DNA from: Candidatus Bathyarchaeota archaeon
GTDB lineage: Archaea; Thermoproteota; Bathyarchaeia; TCS64
Direction: 5' to 3'
DNA: 64,000 nucleotides
Assembly (NCBI GenBank): GCA_963769425.1
Contig: CAVYLP010000004.1
Location: 263,088-327,087 of the forward strand
Of this stretch, positions 29,477-39,022 are shown one piece after another (position 1 is the stretch's first letter; each line of letters begins with the position of its first letter). The notes beneath the pieces were generated by a model. The model did no database searches. It saw only the letters and a list, made by a program, of their open reading frames with translations, and was not told the origin of the DNA. The position numbers and the translations under genes are program-made.

Positions 29477-30175
29477 TTAGTGATCTCCGCTTAATACCTC
29501 AAGTAGAGCACGAATAATCGCGACTCCTAACTGAAAAATAGCATAAAATATATTTGGTAAAATCTTTGAAATTGTAAAAAATGAAAAACTTCCCTTTTTA
29601 AAAATGGATATTAAACTTCCTATATTTTTTATTTTCCATGTCTTGACAGAAGGCTGGTCTATGATGTCAGAGTCCTTTGTGATAATTCCATGCGCTTTTA
29701 TTTGGATACTTAAAGCTAAAAAAGAGACATCATTTGGGTCTCTCTTTCCAATGATAGAGTAACCCTCAAACAAAGCCAGAAGATTAGTGGGATTAAGGAT
29801 AGTTAATCTCGGAAGTATGTCGGTGTTCCAAGTCTTCATTAGAATTTCTTTATTTAATTTCATTTTCACAGATAGTTCCTTGATGTGCCGTTCTACCTCC
29901 TCTATGAGTGTAAAAGGAGCGTATAGATGTAAGAAGGGCTCTGTGATTAGTTTGTGCAAAAAGGATTCTCCACGTTTGGCATAAGAAATTAAATTTGAAA
30001 TTATCGAGCTGGAATCAACAACTAGTTTCAAATCTAGTTTGAATGTATTACCAACAAAATTAGATATGTTCTGCTCGAAATACGCCTTTAAATCAGTAAT
30101 AAGATCAACTGGAAAACCCTCTAGAATCCCCTCAATCGACTTATCTATTTTTCGAAAATCGACATGAGTTATCAT
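29477..30175 (-). CDS. PIN-like nuclease-domain protein with an N-terminal extension
   Basis: LKLVVDSSSIISNL (first acidic PIN motif). RDPNDVSFLALSIQIKAHGIITKDSD (distal Asp motifs). Confidence 0.45.
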   Translation of the reverse strand: MITHVDFRKIDKSIEGILEGFPVDLITDLKAYFEQNISNFVGNTFKLDLKLVVDSSSIISNLISYAKRGESFLHKLITEPFLHLYAPFTLIEEVERHIKELSVKMKLNKEILMKTWNTDILPRLTILNPTNLLALFEGYSIIGKRDPNDVSFLALSIQIKAHGIITKDSDIIDQPSVKTWKIKNIGSLISIFKKGSFSFFTISKILPNIFYAIFQLGVAIIRALLEVLSGDH

Positions 30176-30415
30176 TATTATTTAAAAATACTAAATGGAA
30201 GTCTAAAAGGTTTATGCACACTTACATTGACATGGCGCGCGCTCTCAAGGAACTTATACGCCCTCCTTTTTATGAAATTTTATCTCGAAATAGAGAGGTT
30301 AATGCGGGCACCCCTAGAAGTCTTATAACCCCTCAATGCGTACTAATTTTCTAATTGGAGGACTCCACTAAATGAGGAATCCAACGAAAAATATCATATT
30401 CTGCGAGGAACCTAC

Positions 30416-31681
30416 TTGGCAGATACTATAATTGAGGTACCCGGGCAGCCTTGGTTCAAGGATAAACCCATTCAACTCACATTCCCAGCCGCTTGGAAGG
30501 TCCAGAGATGCAAGATGGCGGGGGAGGACCAGAAGGGGCTCACGAAGGCCCAGATCAGGAAGGCCATTAGGAATCCCCTCGGAACGAAGCCATTGGCGAA
30601 GCTCGCGAAGGACCGGAAGGAGGCGGTGATAATCTTCGATGACTCCACCCGTCCCACGAAGACCCACCAGTACGCACCCATAGTGCTCGAGGAGATTAAG
30701 AAGGCCGGGATCAAGGATGAGAACATCCGCTTCATAGTCGCCCCCGGTAGCCACGGCACCTTCAGTCGCCAGTTCTTCGCCAAGAAGCTCGGCGAGGACA
30801 TCCTCGAGAGGTACCCAGTCTACAACCACAACCCCTACGAGATGTGTAAGAACCTCGGCACAACCAGCTACGGGACACCAGTCTGGGTGAACGCCGAGGT
30901 CGCCGCCTGCGACCTGAAGATCGGCATAGGCAGCGTCCTCTACCACAGGATGAGCGGCTTCAGCGGCGGCGGCAAAATAATCAGCCCCGGCGTCGCGGGC
31001 ATCGAAACCATCCGCGCAAACCACGGCCCGCTCGGCGGCTTCGGCCCCGGCCTCACCCCCCACAAGACAACCGGATACCTCCGCAACGACGAGAACGTGC
31101 TCCGCCTCGACGTTGAGGAGACCGCCCGCATCGCCGGCCTAGACTTCAAAATCGACTCCGTCCTCAACCTCAAGCGAGACCCCATAGAAACCTACGCAGG
31201 TGACTTCATCCAGACCCACAGAAGGGCGTCCGAAGGCGTCGCCCGCTGGCACAAGACTGAGTCCCCGAAGGAGATGGACATCGTCGTCGCCAACAGCTAC
31301 ATGCGCCCCAACGAGCCCTACCTAGGACTCTGGCCCGCCCAGGAGTCTGTGAAGCAGGACGGCTCCGTCGTCCTCATCTGTAACGACCCCGAGGGAGACA
31401 TCAACCACTGGATATTCAACAACCACGGCAAGTACGCCGCTGCGAGCCTCTGGAGCGGCAAGGCGAGGAACCTAACACGCGGCGCTCGTCTCATAGTCTA
31501 CAGCCCCTACCCACTCAAGACACTCGAGTGGCGCCTCGGCGCCCCCGGCACTGTGACGTGGTGCAAGAAGTGGGACGAGGTCATCGAGGAGCTGAAGAAG
31601 TACCACAAGGGGAGCCCCAGGGTCGCCGTCCTCCCCGACGGCACGAGTGGCATTCCCGCCTCCTTCCTCGACAAGTCATAA
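30416..31681 (+). CDS. LarA-family (nickel-pincer-cofactor racemase/epimerase, DUF2088) protein
   Basis: 421 aa. APGSHG motif and general LarA-like organization. TTG start. Confidence 0.6.
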   Translation: MADTIIEVPGQPWFKDKPIQLTFPAAWKVQRCKMAGEDQKGLTKAQIRKAIRNPLGTKPLAKLAKDRKEAVIIFDDSTRPTKTHQYAPIVLEEIKKAGIKDENIRFIVAPGSHGTFSRQFFAKKLGEDILERYPVYNHNPYEMCKNLGTTSYGTPVWVNAEVAACDLKIGIGSVLYHRMSGFSGGGKIISPGVAGIETIRANHGPLGGFGPGLTPHKTTGYLRNDENVLRLDVEETARIAGLDFKIDSVLNLKRDPIETYAGDFIQTHRRASEGVARWHKTESPKEMDIVVANSYMRPNEPYLGLWPAQESVKQDGSVVLICNDPEGDINHWIFNNHGKYAAASLWSGKARNLTRGARLIVYSPYPLKTLEWRLGAPGTVTWCKKWDEVIEELKKYHKGSPRVAVLPDGTSGIPASFLDKS

Positions 31682-31856
31682 CCCGACACACTAAAACTTA
31701 TTAATCTCAACCAATCCCCTATCAGCCTAGCCGGATAGATAGGTGAACCCGAGACGACACAATGCGAACCACACCAGCGACCTTTTTCTGGTAGTTCGTC
31801 GAGTTCGTCTCAGCCCACTGGGCAATAGGGTCACCTGAAGAACCAAAAATCGATCG

Positions 31857-32558
31857 GTGATTCTGTTGCTCATAGCATTCGACCTAGAGGGTACCTTGTT
31901 GGACGGCGAGCTCTTCCCAGAGATTGGAGAACGGTTGGGTCTAGGTGAAGAACTTCACACTATTACAAGGAACGCGATGAACGGCGATCTTCCATTCGAG
32001 GAAGCACTCACGAGGAGAACTGAATTGATACAGGGCATCTCTATGAGAAGCATCCGATCAATCGCTGAATCCATCCCCCTAACCTTAGGAGCGTTAGAGA
32101 CCATCAATACACTTCGACAGATGGGCTTAACACCCGCCATAATCACGGGCGGCTTCGACTTCCTCGCAGAACCCATAGCGGAGCAACTTCAGATAGACTA
32201 TGTCTACTCTAACCACCTCGTCGAGGAACATGGGAGGGTATCCAACCTTAGGCCACCGTTAGTCACACCAAGAGTAAAGGCGGAGCACCTAAACAAACTT
32301 GCCATGAAACTCGGCACACCACTTATCCAGACTATCGCTGTTGGCGATGGTGCCAACGACATACCCATGCTCTGCGCCGCAGGCTTTGGAATAGCCTTCG
32401 ATGCCCCGCCGAGGGTCAGGGAGACCGCACACGCCTCCGTGGACGGCGGCGACCTCCGTGGGATACTGCCACTCGTCGCCCGCCACCTCGACGGGAACAG
32501 ACGCTACGCCGAGGTGCTGAGCCAATCCGCTGAACCATTATATGGCGAGTGGCCGTAG
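31857..32558 (+). CDS. serB: HAD-superfamily phosphoserine phosphatase-like (SerB family)
   Basis: IAFDLEGTLL motif I. ITGGFDF and VGDGANDIPML motifs. Confidence 0.7.
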   Translation: MILLLIAFDLEGTLLDGELFPEIGERLGLGEELHTITRNAMNGDLPFEEALTRRTELIQGISMRSIRSIAESIPLTLGALETINTLRQMGLTPAIITGGFDFLAEPIAEQLQIDYVYSNHLVEEHGRVSNLRPPLVTPRVKAEHLNKLAMKLGTPLIQTIAVGDGANDIPMLCAAGFGIAFDAPPRVRETAHASVDGGDLRGILPLVARHLDGNRRYAEVLSQSAEPLYGEWP

Positions 32559-32574
32559 ATCAACGTGTGATGCG

Positions 32575-33762
32575 ATGGCAGAGAAGAATGAGGGCATAGG
32601 GCCCTCGACGAAGTGCGTGCACGTCGGCTCCGAGCCAGACCCGGCGTGGGGCGCGATTGTCCCCCCGATCTACCAGACGACGACGTACGCCGTGCCGAAC
32701 GTCCCCGACCTCATAGCTCGATATGCCCGCAAGAAGACTGGTTTCACCTACACAAGCACGGGCAACCCGACGCAGCGCGTCGCCGAGGTAAAGATAGCCG
32801 CCGTCGAGGGGGGTGAGGACGCCGCCGTCTTCAGCGCCGGCATGGCCGCAATCACCTCGACGATTACCAGCATCGTCACCCGAGGAGACGAGGTCATCGC
32901 CCCGAGGGAGCTCTACGGCGAGACCTTCCACTTCTTCCACCTCCTTGAGGAGAAGATGGGGATCAAGACCCATTACTTCGACACCACCAACGTGGGCGAG
33001 GTCGAGGGACTGATCAACGGTAAGACAAGGCTCCTCTACCTCGAGACGCCGACAAACCCGACGCTCCGCCTCGTAGACATCGCCGAGGGGGTGCGGATAG
33101 CCAAGAGGCACGGCGTGACGACTGTGCTCGATAACACCTTCGCCTCTCCTATGAACCAGACGGGTATCGCCCTAGGCGTTGACGTCGTCGTCGAGAGCGC
33201 CACAAAGTCACTCTCCGGACACCACCAGGCCGTCTGCGGCGTCGCCGTCGGCACGAAGGATAGGATACGCGCCATAAAGTCGACCCGCGGTCTCTACGGG
33301 CAGACCCTCGACCCCTTCGCGGCGTGGCTCCTCGTCATGGGCATGCAGACAATGGCACTCCGTGTCGACAGGCAGAACTCCAACGCCCTCCAACTCGCCC
33401 AGTACCTAGAGGCGCACCCCAAGATCAGCCGCGTTCACTACCCCGGCCTACCCAGCCACCCCCAGCACGCCCTAGCGCTGCGTCAGATGCGCGGCTTCGG
33501 CGGCCTGCTCGCTTTCGAGGTCAAGGGCGGCCTCGATGAGGTGTCGGGGTTGTTTGACCACCTAAAGCTGGTGAAGCTGGCTACGAGCCTCGGAGGCGTC
33601 GACACAATCGCGACGATCCCCTTCATCTCGACGCACGGCGACCTTAAGCCGGAGGAGAAGGCGAGGATGGGCATCACCCAGACTCTCATCCGCGTAAGCG
33701 TCGGCATCGAGGACTTCACCGACCTTAGGAGGGACTTCGAGGAAGCCCTCTCCCAAGTCTAG
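32575..33762 (+). CDS. PLP-dependent Cys/Met-metabolism enzyme (cystathionine gamma-synthase / beta-lyase family)
   Basis: SATKSLSGHH with the PLP lysine. N-terminal IYQTTTY. An alternative start at 32542 overlaps serB. Confidence 0.85.
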   Translation: MAEKNEGIGPSTKCVHVGSEPDPAWGAIVPPIYQTTTYAVPNVPDLIARYARKKTGFTYTSTGNPTQRVAEVKIAAVEGGEDAAVFSAGMAAITSTITSIVTRGDEVIAPRELYGETFHFFHLLEEKMGIKTHYFDTTNVGEVEGLINGKTRLLYLETPTNPTLRLVDIAEGVRIAKRHGVTTVLDNTFASPMNQTGIALGVDVVVESATKSLSGHHQAVCGVAVGTKDRIRAIKSTRGLYGQTLDPFAAWLLVMGMQTMALRVDRQNSNALQLAQYLEAHPKISRVHYPGLPSHPQHALALRQMRGFGGLLAFEVKGGLDEVSGLFDHLKLVKLATSLGGVDTIATIPFISTHGDLKPEEKARMGITQTLIRVSVGIEDFTDLRRDFEEALSQV

Positions 33763-33791
33763 CCATTTTTTTTTACCCTCAGCCGCCTCCT

Positions 33792-33822
33792 TTAACGCCG
33801 TTAAGTATATTAACGGCGTTAA
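33792..33822. promoter_or_regulatory. double palindrome TTAACGCCGTTAA-GTATA-TTAACGGCGTTAA, 15 nt upstream of the HTH regulator gene. Putative operator.
   Basis: Each 13-mer is itself palindromic and the two are reverse complements. A T9 tract at 33765-33775 could serve as TATA or terminator. Confidence 0.5.
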
Positions 33823-33836
33823 TCGATTATGCGGCG

Positions 33837-34232
33837 ATGAAGCCTCCCTGCATGGTTGTGGTTCAGCACATCCTTCCTGCGCTCCGACTGGAGATCACGA
33901 GGGAGCTCGTGGAGAAGTACGGGATGAAGAGATCCGACGCCGCTGTAAAGATGGGGATCACACCAGCCGCTGTCACTCAGTACCTCAGCCGTGTCAGAGG
34001 TGGATCAGCTACAAATCTTCTCGAGGGTAACGGAAAGGTCATGGAGTTGGTCGACGAAATATCAAGGGACATCGCTGCAGGAGAGAGTCCCCTCGATGTC
34101 CTCCTATTAAAGCTGTGCAGAGCGTGCTCGGCTGCCCGCTCCGAGGGGTTAATTTGTAAGCTACACAGAGACTCGATGCCTGGTCTCACCGACTTGAAGG
34201 AATGCTCATGCTCCCTGAACCTAACCGGGTGA
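33837..34232 (+). CDS. HTH transcriptional regulator with a C-terminal Cys-rich (metal-binding?) domain
   Basis: LVEKYGMKRSDAAVKMGITPAAVTQYLS helix-turn-helix. C-terminal LCRACSA...CKLH...ECSC. Confidence 0.55.
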   Translation: MKPPCMVVVQHILPALRLEITRELVEKYGMKRSDAAVKMGITPAAVTQYLSRVRGGSATNLLEGNGKVMELVDEISRDIAAGESPLDVLLLKLCRACSAARSEGLICKLHRDSMPGLTDLKECSCSLNLTG

Positions 34233-34237
34233 ATAAT

Positions 34238-34501
34238 ATGGAGACCAACCAATCTACCTTTGAATTGACCCCCGAGCTGGAAGAGGAGATCATGGAGATC
34301 AGTACCCGGAACCTAGTCGACTTCTACTCCGAGGACCTACGCAACATCAATGTACGACGCCTCACGGAGACTATTCCCCCTGGCGTATTGAGGCAACTCC
34401 GATTGCTTGGAATAATTAACTCTCGTCGAACCTACAGGAATGGCAAGGTCCTCTACCTCACTGAAAAGGGTGAGTCAATTCTACGCGAGATCACTCCCTA
34501 G
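34238..34501 (+). CDS. small winged-helix-like hypothetical protein
   Basis: METNQ... 87 aa. RQLRLLGIINSRRTYRNGKVLYLTEKGESIL. Confidence 0.35.
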   Translation: METNQSTFELTPELEEEIMEISTRNLVDFYSEDLRNINVRRLTETIPPGVLRQLRLLGIINSRRTYRNGKVLYLTEKGESILREITP

Positions 34502-34612
34502 AATCATTCTCGCCATTATTCCTAAGCGATTAAATAAGTCAAAATAATATAAATAGGAGAATATCTACCAATGGGGCATCCCAGAGATGGGAGGTAGAAA
34601 CAACTCAAAACA

Positions 34613-35104
34613 ATCAGCTTAGAATCATTCAGCCTTGACCACACAAAGATCAAGGCTCCCTATGTCAGATTATCTAAGAGAATAGAAGTACCCGGAAGCG
34701 GCTACGAGATTTCAACCTTCGACTTCAGGCTCCGTACCCCGAACACGGAACTCCTCACGCCGAAAGTGGCTCACTCCCTTGAACATCTATTCGCGGTCGC
34801 CCTCAGGTCGGAGTGCGAGGAACACCAGAGCGACTTGAAGGTACTTGATGTCTCACCGATGGGCTGCAGGACCGGCTACTACCTAACCGTGCTCAATCCG
34901 ACGGGTGCGCTCCCGCTGTCTCGGGCGACTGAGGCGGTGAGGGCAATGCTCCACGGAGCACTTGAGATCAAAGAACTGCCCGGCGCGCGCCTCGAGACCT
35001 GCGGCGCGTATAAGGAACATGATTTCGATGGTGCGAGGGCCGAGATAGCCCGACTCACGGAGGAGGAAATCGTGTCGCTGGATAAGCCGCCCCTGCTAAC
35101 CTGA
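34613..35104 (+). CDS. luxS: S-ribosylhomocysteine lyase (LuxS). No canonical start codon.
   Basis: (I)SLESFSLDHTKIKAPYVRL...HSLEHLF with the HxxEH metal motif. The frame is open back to a TAG at 34595. The conserved N-terminus begins at an ATC codon. The only in-frame ATG (34571) lies upstream of that TAG. Confidence 0.7.
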   Translation: MSLESFSLDHTKIKAPYVRLSKRIEVPGSGYEISTFDFRLRTPNTELLTPKVAHSLEHLFAVALRSECEEHQSDLKVLDVSPMGCRTGYYLTVLNPTGALPLSRATEAVRAMLHGALEIKELPGARLETCGAYKEHDFDGARAEIARLTEEEIVSLDKPPLLT

Positions 35105-35147
35105 CCGGCGTTAAGCTTACACGCGCGGATGCATTCAATACCTCAAC

Positions 35148-35459
35148 ATGGTAAAGAAGGCGATCCAGATAGACGAGAAGGACAACGTCGCCACGACAAC
35201 CAGTGAGGTGGAGGCGGGGGAGCATCTCCAGGTCATAAGCCCAGATGGAGAGGTGATACTCGAGCCCAGAGTCTCCGAGCCCATCCCCTTCGGTCACAAA
35301 CTCGCAATCAAACCCATAGAGAAGGGTGAGAACATCGTCAAATACGGCGAGGTGATAGGCGTGGCGACCCAGCCAATAAAATCTGGTGCATGGGTTAACA
35401 CACACAACGTCGGAAGCGCTCGTATGCCGACGAGCGGCAAGGAGGCGGGCATACTGTGA
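35148..35459 (+). CDS. UxaA/GarD-family sugar-acid dehydratase, SAF-domain small subunit
   Basis: 103 aa. IDEKDNVATT...GHKLAIKPIEKGENIVKYGEVIG. Confidence 0.7.
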   Translation: MVKKAIQIDEKDNVATTTSEVEAGEHLQVISPDGEVILEPRVSEPIPFGHKLAIKPIEKGENIVKYGEVIGVATQPIKSGAWVNTHNVGSARMPTSGKEAGIL

Positions 35460-36632
35460 CTCAATTCATGGGCTACCAGCGCCCCGACAAGTCGGTGGGA
35501 GTCAGAAACCACCTACTCGTCCTCGCCCCAATCGACTGCAGCTTCGAGCCCGCGAAGAAGATAGCCGCGCAGGTCAACGGTGCCGTTGCCGTCACCCAAT
35601 ACCACGGCTGCGGTAACGACCCAGTCATCGCCAATAACCTAGTCGGGACTGCCCTCAACCCGAACGTCGCCGCAGTCCTAGTCCTGGGACTGGGGTGCGA
35701 GTCTCTAACAGTCGATACAGTCGCGGATGGTGTCAAGCCTAGTGGTAAACCAGTTGAGACACTAGTCATCCAGCAAGAGGGCGGGACCCTCAAGACTCAG
35801 GAGAAGGCTGTCCGCGTACTTCAGCGATGGGCGCAGGAAGTAGCCGAATACAAACCCGAGCCCTTCCCGCTGAGCAAGCTTAACCCTCGCTGTCGAGTGC
35901 GGCGGAAGCGACGCTACAAGTGGCCTCGCCGCCAACCCCGCCGTCGGAGTCGCCTGCGATAAACTCATCGACGAGGGCGGTACAGTCATCTTCAGCGAGC
36001 CGCAGGAGATGATCGGAACACAGCAAGTCCTCGCCCGCAGGGCCGTGAACAAGCAGGTCGCCGCGGACGTCTACAAGATGATCGATCAAGACGAGGAGCG
36101 CCTCAAAGCGATAGGCGTCGACAGTAGGTGGATGAGCGCAGGAAACATAGACGGCGGCCTCACAACCATCGAGGAGAAGAGCCTCGGCGCCATCAGGAAG
36201 GGGGGAACTCGCCCCATCCAGGGAGTCTTGCAGAACAACTGGGAACGCTTCGACCGCCCTACGCGAGCCGGACTCTGGCTTCAAGACGGTACAGGGTGGG
36301 ACGTCCCATCCGTCACCCACATGGTCGCCGCCGGTGCACAAGTAGTCTGCTTCACCAGCGGACAGGGTAGCACAACAGGCCACGCCATCGCCCCAGTCAT
36401 CAAAATCACAGGCAACCCCGTCACATACCAGCAGATGGAGGACAACATGGACATAAACGCCGGAACCATCCTCGACGGCTCAGAGAGCCTCAACAGCGTC
36501 GGCCAGCGCATCTACCAAACCATCATCGACACAGCCAATGGAAGGAAGACGAAAGCCGAGGCCCTCGGCTTCACAGACTATATAGTGTTCTGTAGGAGCA
36601 GAGCAGCCGAGCACATGCTCGGCCACTGCTAA
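35456..36632 (+). pseudogene. UxaA/GarD-family dehydratase catalytic subunit with a +1 frameshift at ~35886
   Basis: GYQRPDKSVGVRNHLLVLAP in the frame of 35456. The continuation LTLAVECGGSDATSGLAANPAVGVACDKLIDEGGTVIF...MIGTQQV is in the frame of ORF 36009..36632. An extra A in CTTAACCC. Confidence 0.65.
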
Positions 36633-36652
36633 ATACTTATTCTTTTAATAAA

Positions 36653-37129
36653 TTAGTTGTCGGCGAGTACGACGTCGTCGTACTCCTTCTCGATCTTGAG
36701 CTTATGCCCCTGTTCCATCTTGGCGAAGTCGGCCCACATCTTCCCCAGTGGATGCGCGGAGTAAGCCTTGGAGAGAGCCGTGTAGAAGTCGACAGCAGTC
36801 TGCTCACTCTTAGCCGCGAAGATGAGGGTGTCCTGATACGATGCATCAGTGCTGAGGGGTGCCACCTTGAGCGGGTCTGAGATGTGGAGGTCCATTACCT
36901 TCTTCAGGTCGCTACCCTTTGCTTCGTTCATCACCTTCTTCGGGTCCTTGAGGGCCATCTCGAAGTATGCCTTGTGTTTCGACTCGTCTCCGGCGAGTTC
37001 CTTGAGGAGCTGCTTGGAGCCGGGGTTCTTGACATTCTTCGATGTCTCGGTGTAGAGGTTGTAAGCGCCCGTCTCCATGGTAATGCCGACTTTGAGGGCC
37101 TTCTCGACCGTCCATCCGTCGATGCTCAT
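36653..37129 (-). CDS. rubrerythrin-like diiron protein (ferritin-like superfamily)
   Basis: Four-helix ExxH pattern: ETGAYNLYTE, GDESKHKAYFE, AKSEQTAVDFY, MEQGHKLKIEKEY. Confidence 0.6.
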   Translation of the reverse strand: MSIDGWTVEKALKVGITMETGAYNLYTETSKNVKNPGSKQLLKELAGDESKHKAYFEMALKDPKKVMNEAKGSDLKKVMDLHISDPLKVAPLSTDASYQDTLIFAAKSEQTAVDFYTALSKAYSAHPLGKMWADFAKMEQGHKLKIEKEYDDVVLADN

Positions 37130-37214
37130 GTTGATCTGGGTATCCAACGGAGAGTACAATATAAAAATAGTTCATAAAGTCGAGTTGGTTTAAATGGGTC
37201 TTCCTTAGTTAGGG

Positions 37215-38114
37215 CTACGACTCTATGTAGGTCGCGACCCTACAGCTCTTAGGGAGGAAGGAGTAGAGCCTCTGGCGGGACTGGTCGAAGGCGAATGTTC
37301 CCGCTCCCTCCTCCGTCTTAACCTGATTCACCACCTTCATCTCGACGAGGTCTATGGTGGCTAGGAGGCCCGGCTTCGGGAGGGCGCAGTAGAGGAACTT
37401 TCTACGAGCGTTTAGCCAAGTCACATCCGGCTCTCCATCTATCTTAGTCCTGCAGGTCTCAGTCCCCTTCTCCAAGTCCATGGCCACGATGGCGCCACCG
37501 TCACAGGCTATGTACGCCTCCCTTCCATCGGCGCTCAGGTCGAGCCCGTGTGGGCCAGGGACCTTGATCGGGACCACCGGGGAGACGTCCCCGTTCCTAG
37601 GCGATAGGGTCACGTACCCAGCTGGATCACGCAGGTTTATCACGAATCTATCCAAATAATCCGAGTAACAGCACCAGCGAGGCCTCCCAGGGAGCCTCGA
37701 CACCTTCAGGACCTCCCCCCTCTCCGGATCCACAAGCCGCGCATGAAGGTCCGCAATATCCGCCACCATGAGGACGCCGTGGTCGTCATCCCAAGCCATA
37801 CCATTCGGCCTCGAACCAACCTGAATGGTCTTCGACACCGTCCCCTTCGCAGCATGTATGACAAGCACCTTCCCAGTCCCCCTCGAAGCAGCGAAGACCA
37901 GACCATCAGCCTGAGCGCAGACCACACCACTCCCCTCTGGGCAACCCGGTATCGTCTTCTGGAGCGTACCCTTGAGGCCATCCACGACCTCGACAGTCCC
38001 GTTGGCAGTGTGAGCGACGTAGACGAAGCCGTTCGACAGGTAGACGTCCCCGTGGTCGAACCCGCCCCCTGTGTGCGGCGGCATCGCCACGTAGCGTTCG
38101 AGTTTAAGAACCAC
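37215..38114 (-). CDS. beta-propeller repeat protein (YVTN/lactonase-like)
   Basis: Repeated approximately 40-aa units with GxxxxVxVxD-type strands. Confidence 0.5.
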   Translation of the reverse strand: MVLKLERYVAMPPHTGGGFDHGDVYLSNGFVYVAHTANGTVEVVDGLKGTLQKTIPGCPEGSGVVCAQADGLVFAASRGTGKVLVIHAAKGTVSKTIQVGSRPNGMAWDDDHGVLMVADIADLHARLVDPERGEVLKVSRLPGRPRWCCYSDYLDRFVINLRDPAGYVTLSPRNGDVSPVVPIKVPGPHGLDLSADGREAYIACDGGAIVAMDLEKGTETCRTKIDGEPDVTWLNARRKFLYCALPKPGLLATIDLVEMKVVNQVKTEEGAGTFAFDQSRQRLYSFLPKSCRVATYIES

Positions 38115-38206
38115 GTACCCTTCTCAGCGCGTGAGAATATAGTTCTTATCCCGCCCAGCAGCTGCACGCAAGGCAATATAAGAGACCCCTGCCCCTGAGA
38201 CTAGGC

Positions 38207-39022
38207 GTGAAGCACAAGGGGAGCCCCCGAGTCGAGATAGTCGCAACCGGGGACGAGCTCATTTACGGCCGCATCCTGGACACAAACAGCAACTGGCTCG
38301 CAAAGCGCATCGCTGAGATGGGTGCAGAGCTTCGCCGAGTCACCATGGTCGGAGACGACTACGATGACATGAGGGACGCCCTCTTCGGAGCCCTCGACAG
38401 GGACGCCGAGATAATCATATTCACAGGCGGCCTCGGCCCATCCGAGGACGACTTCACCGTCGACGCCCTTGGCCGCGCCCTCAACAAGGCGGTGGTCACG
38501 GACCCAGTTGGGGTCCAGAAGATCAAGGAGATCTACGAGCGACGGGGGAGCGATATGAAGCGCGGAGCCCGCATGGCGCGCATACTGGAGGGAAGCGTGG
38601 GGATACAGAACCACGTTGGTATGAGCGTTGGAATGAAGCTCCTCATCAACGGGAAGCTCCTCTTCACCCTACCCGGCGTCCCCCAGGAGATGCAGGGGAT
38701 GTTCGACGAACATATAGCACCCGTCGTCGAGGCGGAGGCGAAGCACAAGCTCCTCGGACACACCTACGGCGTCTCCATGGTGTGGAAAGACTTCTTCCCC
38801 CTCTATACACAACTACAGATCGACTACCCCGAGATCTACATAAAAAACGCCGCGACTCCACCCGAGGCGGAGGAGGAGCGTGCCAAAGTCAAGGAGGTCA
38901 AGGTGGACATAGTCGTTCAGGGCACCACCAAGAGGGAGGCGGAGGAGAAAATGGAGGCCTTCATGGCCGAATATAAGCGCCGCGTCGACGCCGCCGGCGG
39001 TGGAGTCATCCGCCGAATCTAG
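38207..39022 (+). CDS. CinA-like molybdopterin-binding (MoCF-biosynthesis fold) protein
   Basis: VEIVATGDELIYGRILDTNSNWLAKRIAEMG and FTGGLGPSEDDFT. Confidence 0.7.
   Translation: MKHKGSPRVEIVATGDELIYGRILDTNSNWLAKRIAEMGAELRRVTMVGDDYDDMRDALFGALDRDAEIIIFTGGLGPSEDDFTVDALGRALNKAVVTDPVGVQKIKEIYERRGSDMKRGARMARILEGSVGIQNHVGMSVGMKLLINGKLLFTLPGVPQEMQGMFDEHIAPVVEAEAKHKLLGHTYGVSMVWKDFFPLYTQLQIDYPEIYIKNAATPPEAEEERAKVKEVKVDIVVQGTTKREAEEKMEAFMAEYKRRVDAAGGGVIRRI

Larger units (their letters stand above)
18750..30300. mobile_element. integrated low-GC element / genomic island (integrase plus ~10 kb of AT-rich orphan genes). Boundaries are approximate and it may extend left to 16476.
   Basis: There is an abrupt GC drop relative to the flanking ~60% GC genes. 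It carries an intact integrase, defence or toxin-like genes (HEPN, PIN, JAB, RHH) and iteron-like repeats. Host-like GC resumes at ~30416. Confidence 0.5.

Noticed and set aside
16476-30420. tRNA gene as integration target at the island boundaries
   Set aside because: I could not see a GTTCGAATC-type T-arm or a cloverleaf-compatible GC-rich 75-nt segment at either flank by eye. This needs tRNAscan-SE to be sure.
30368-31063. 231-aa ORF antisense to the LarA-family gene
   Set aside because: Ala/Gly/Val-rich mirror of the sense gene.
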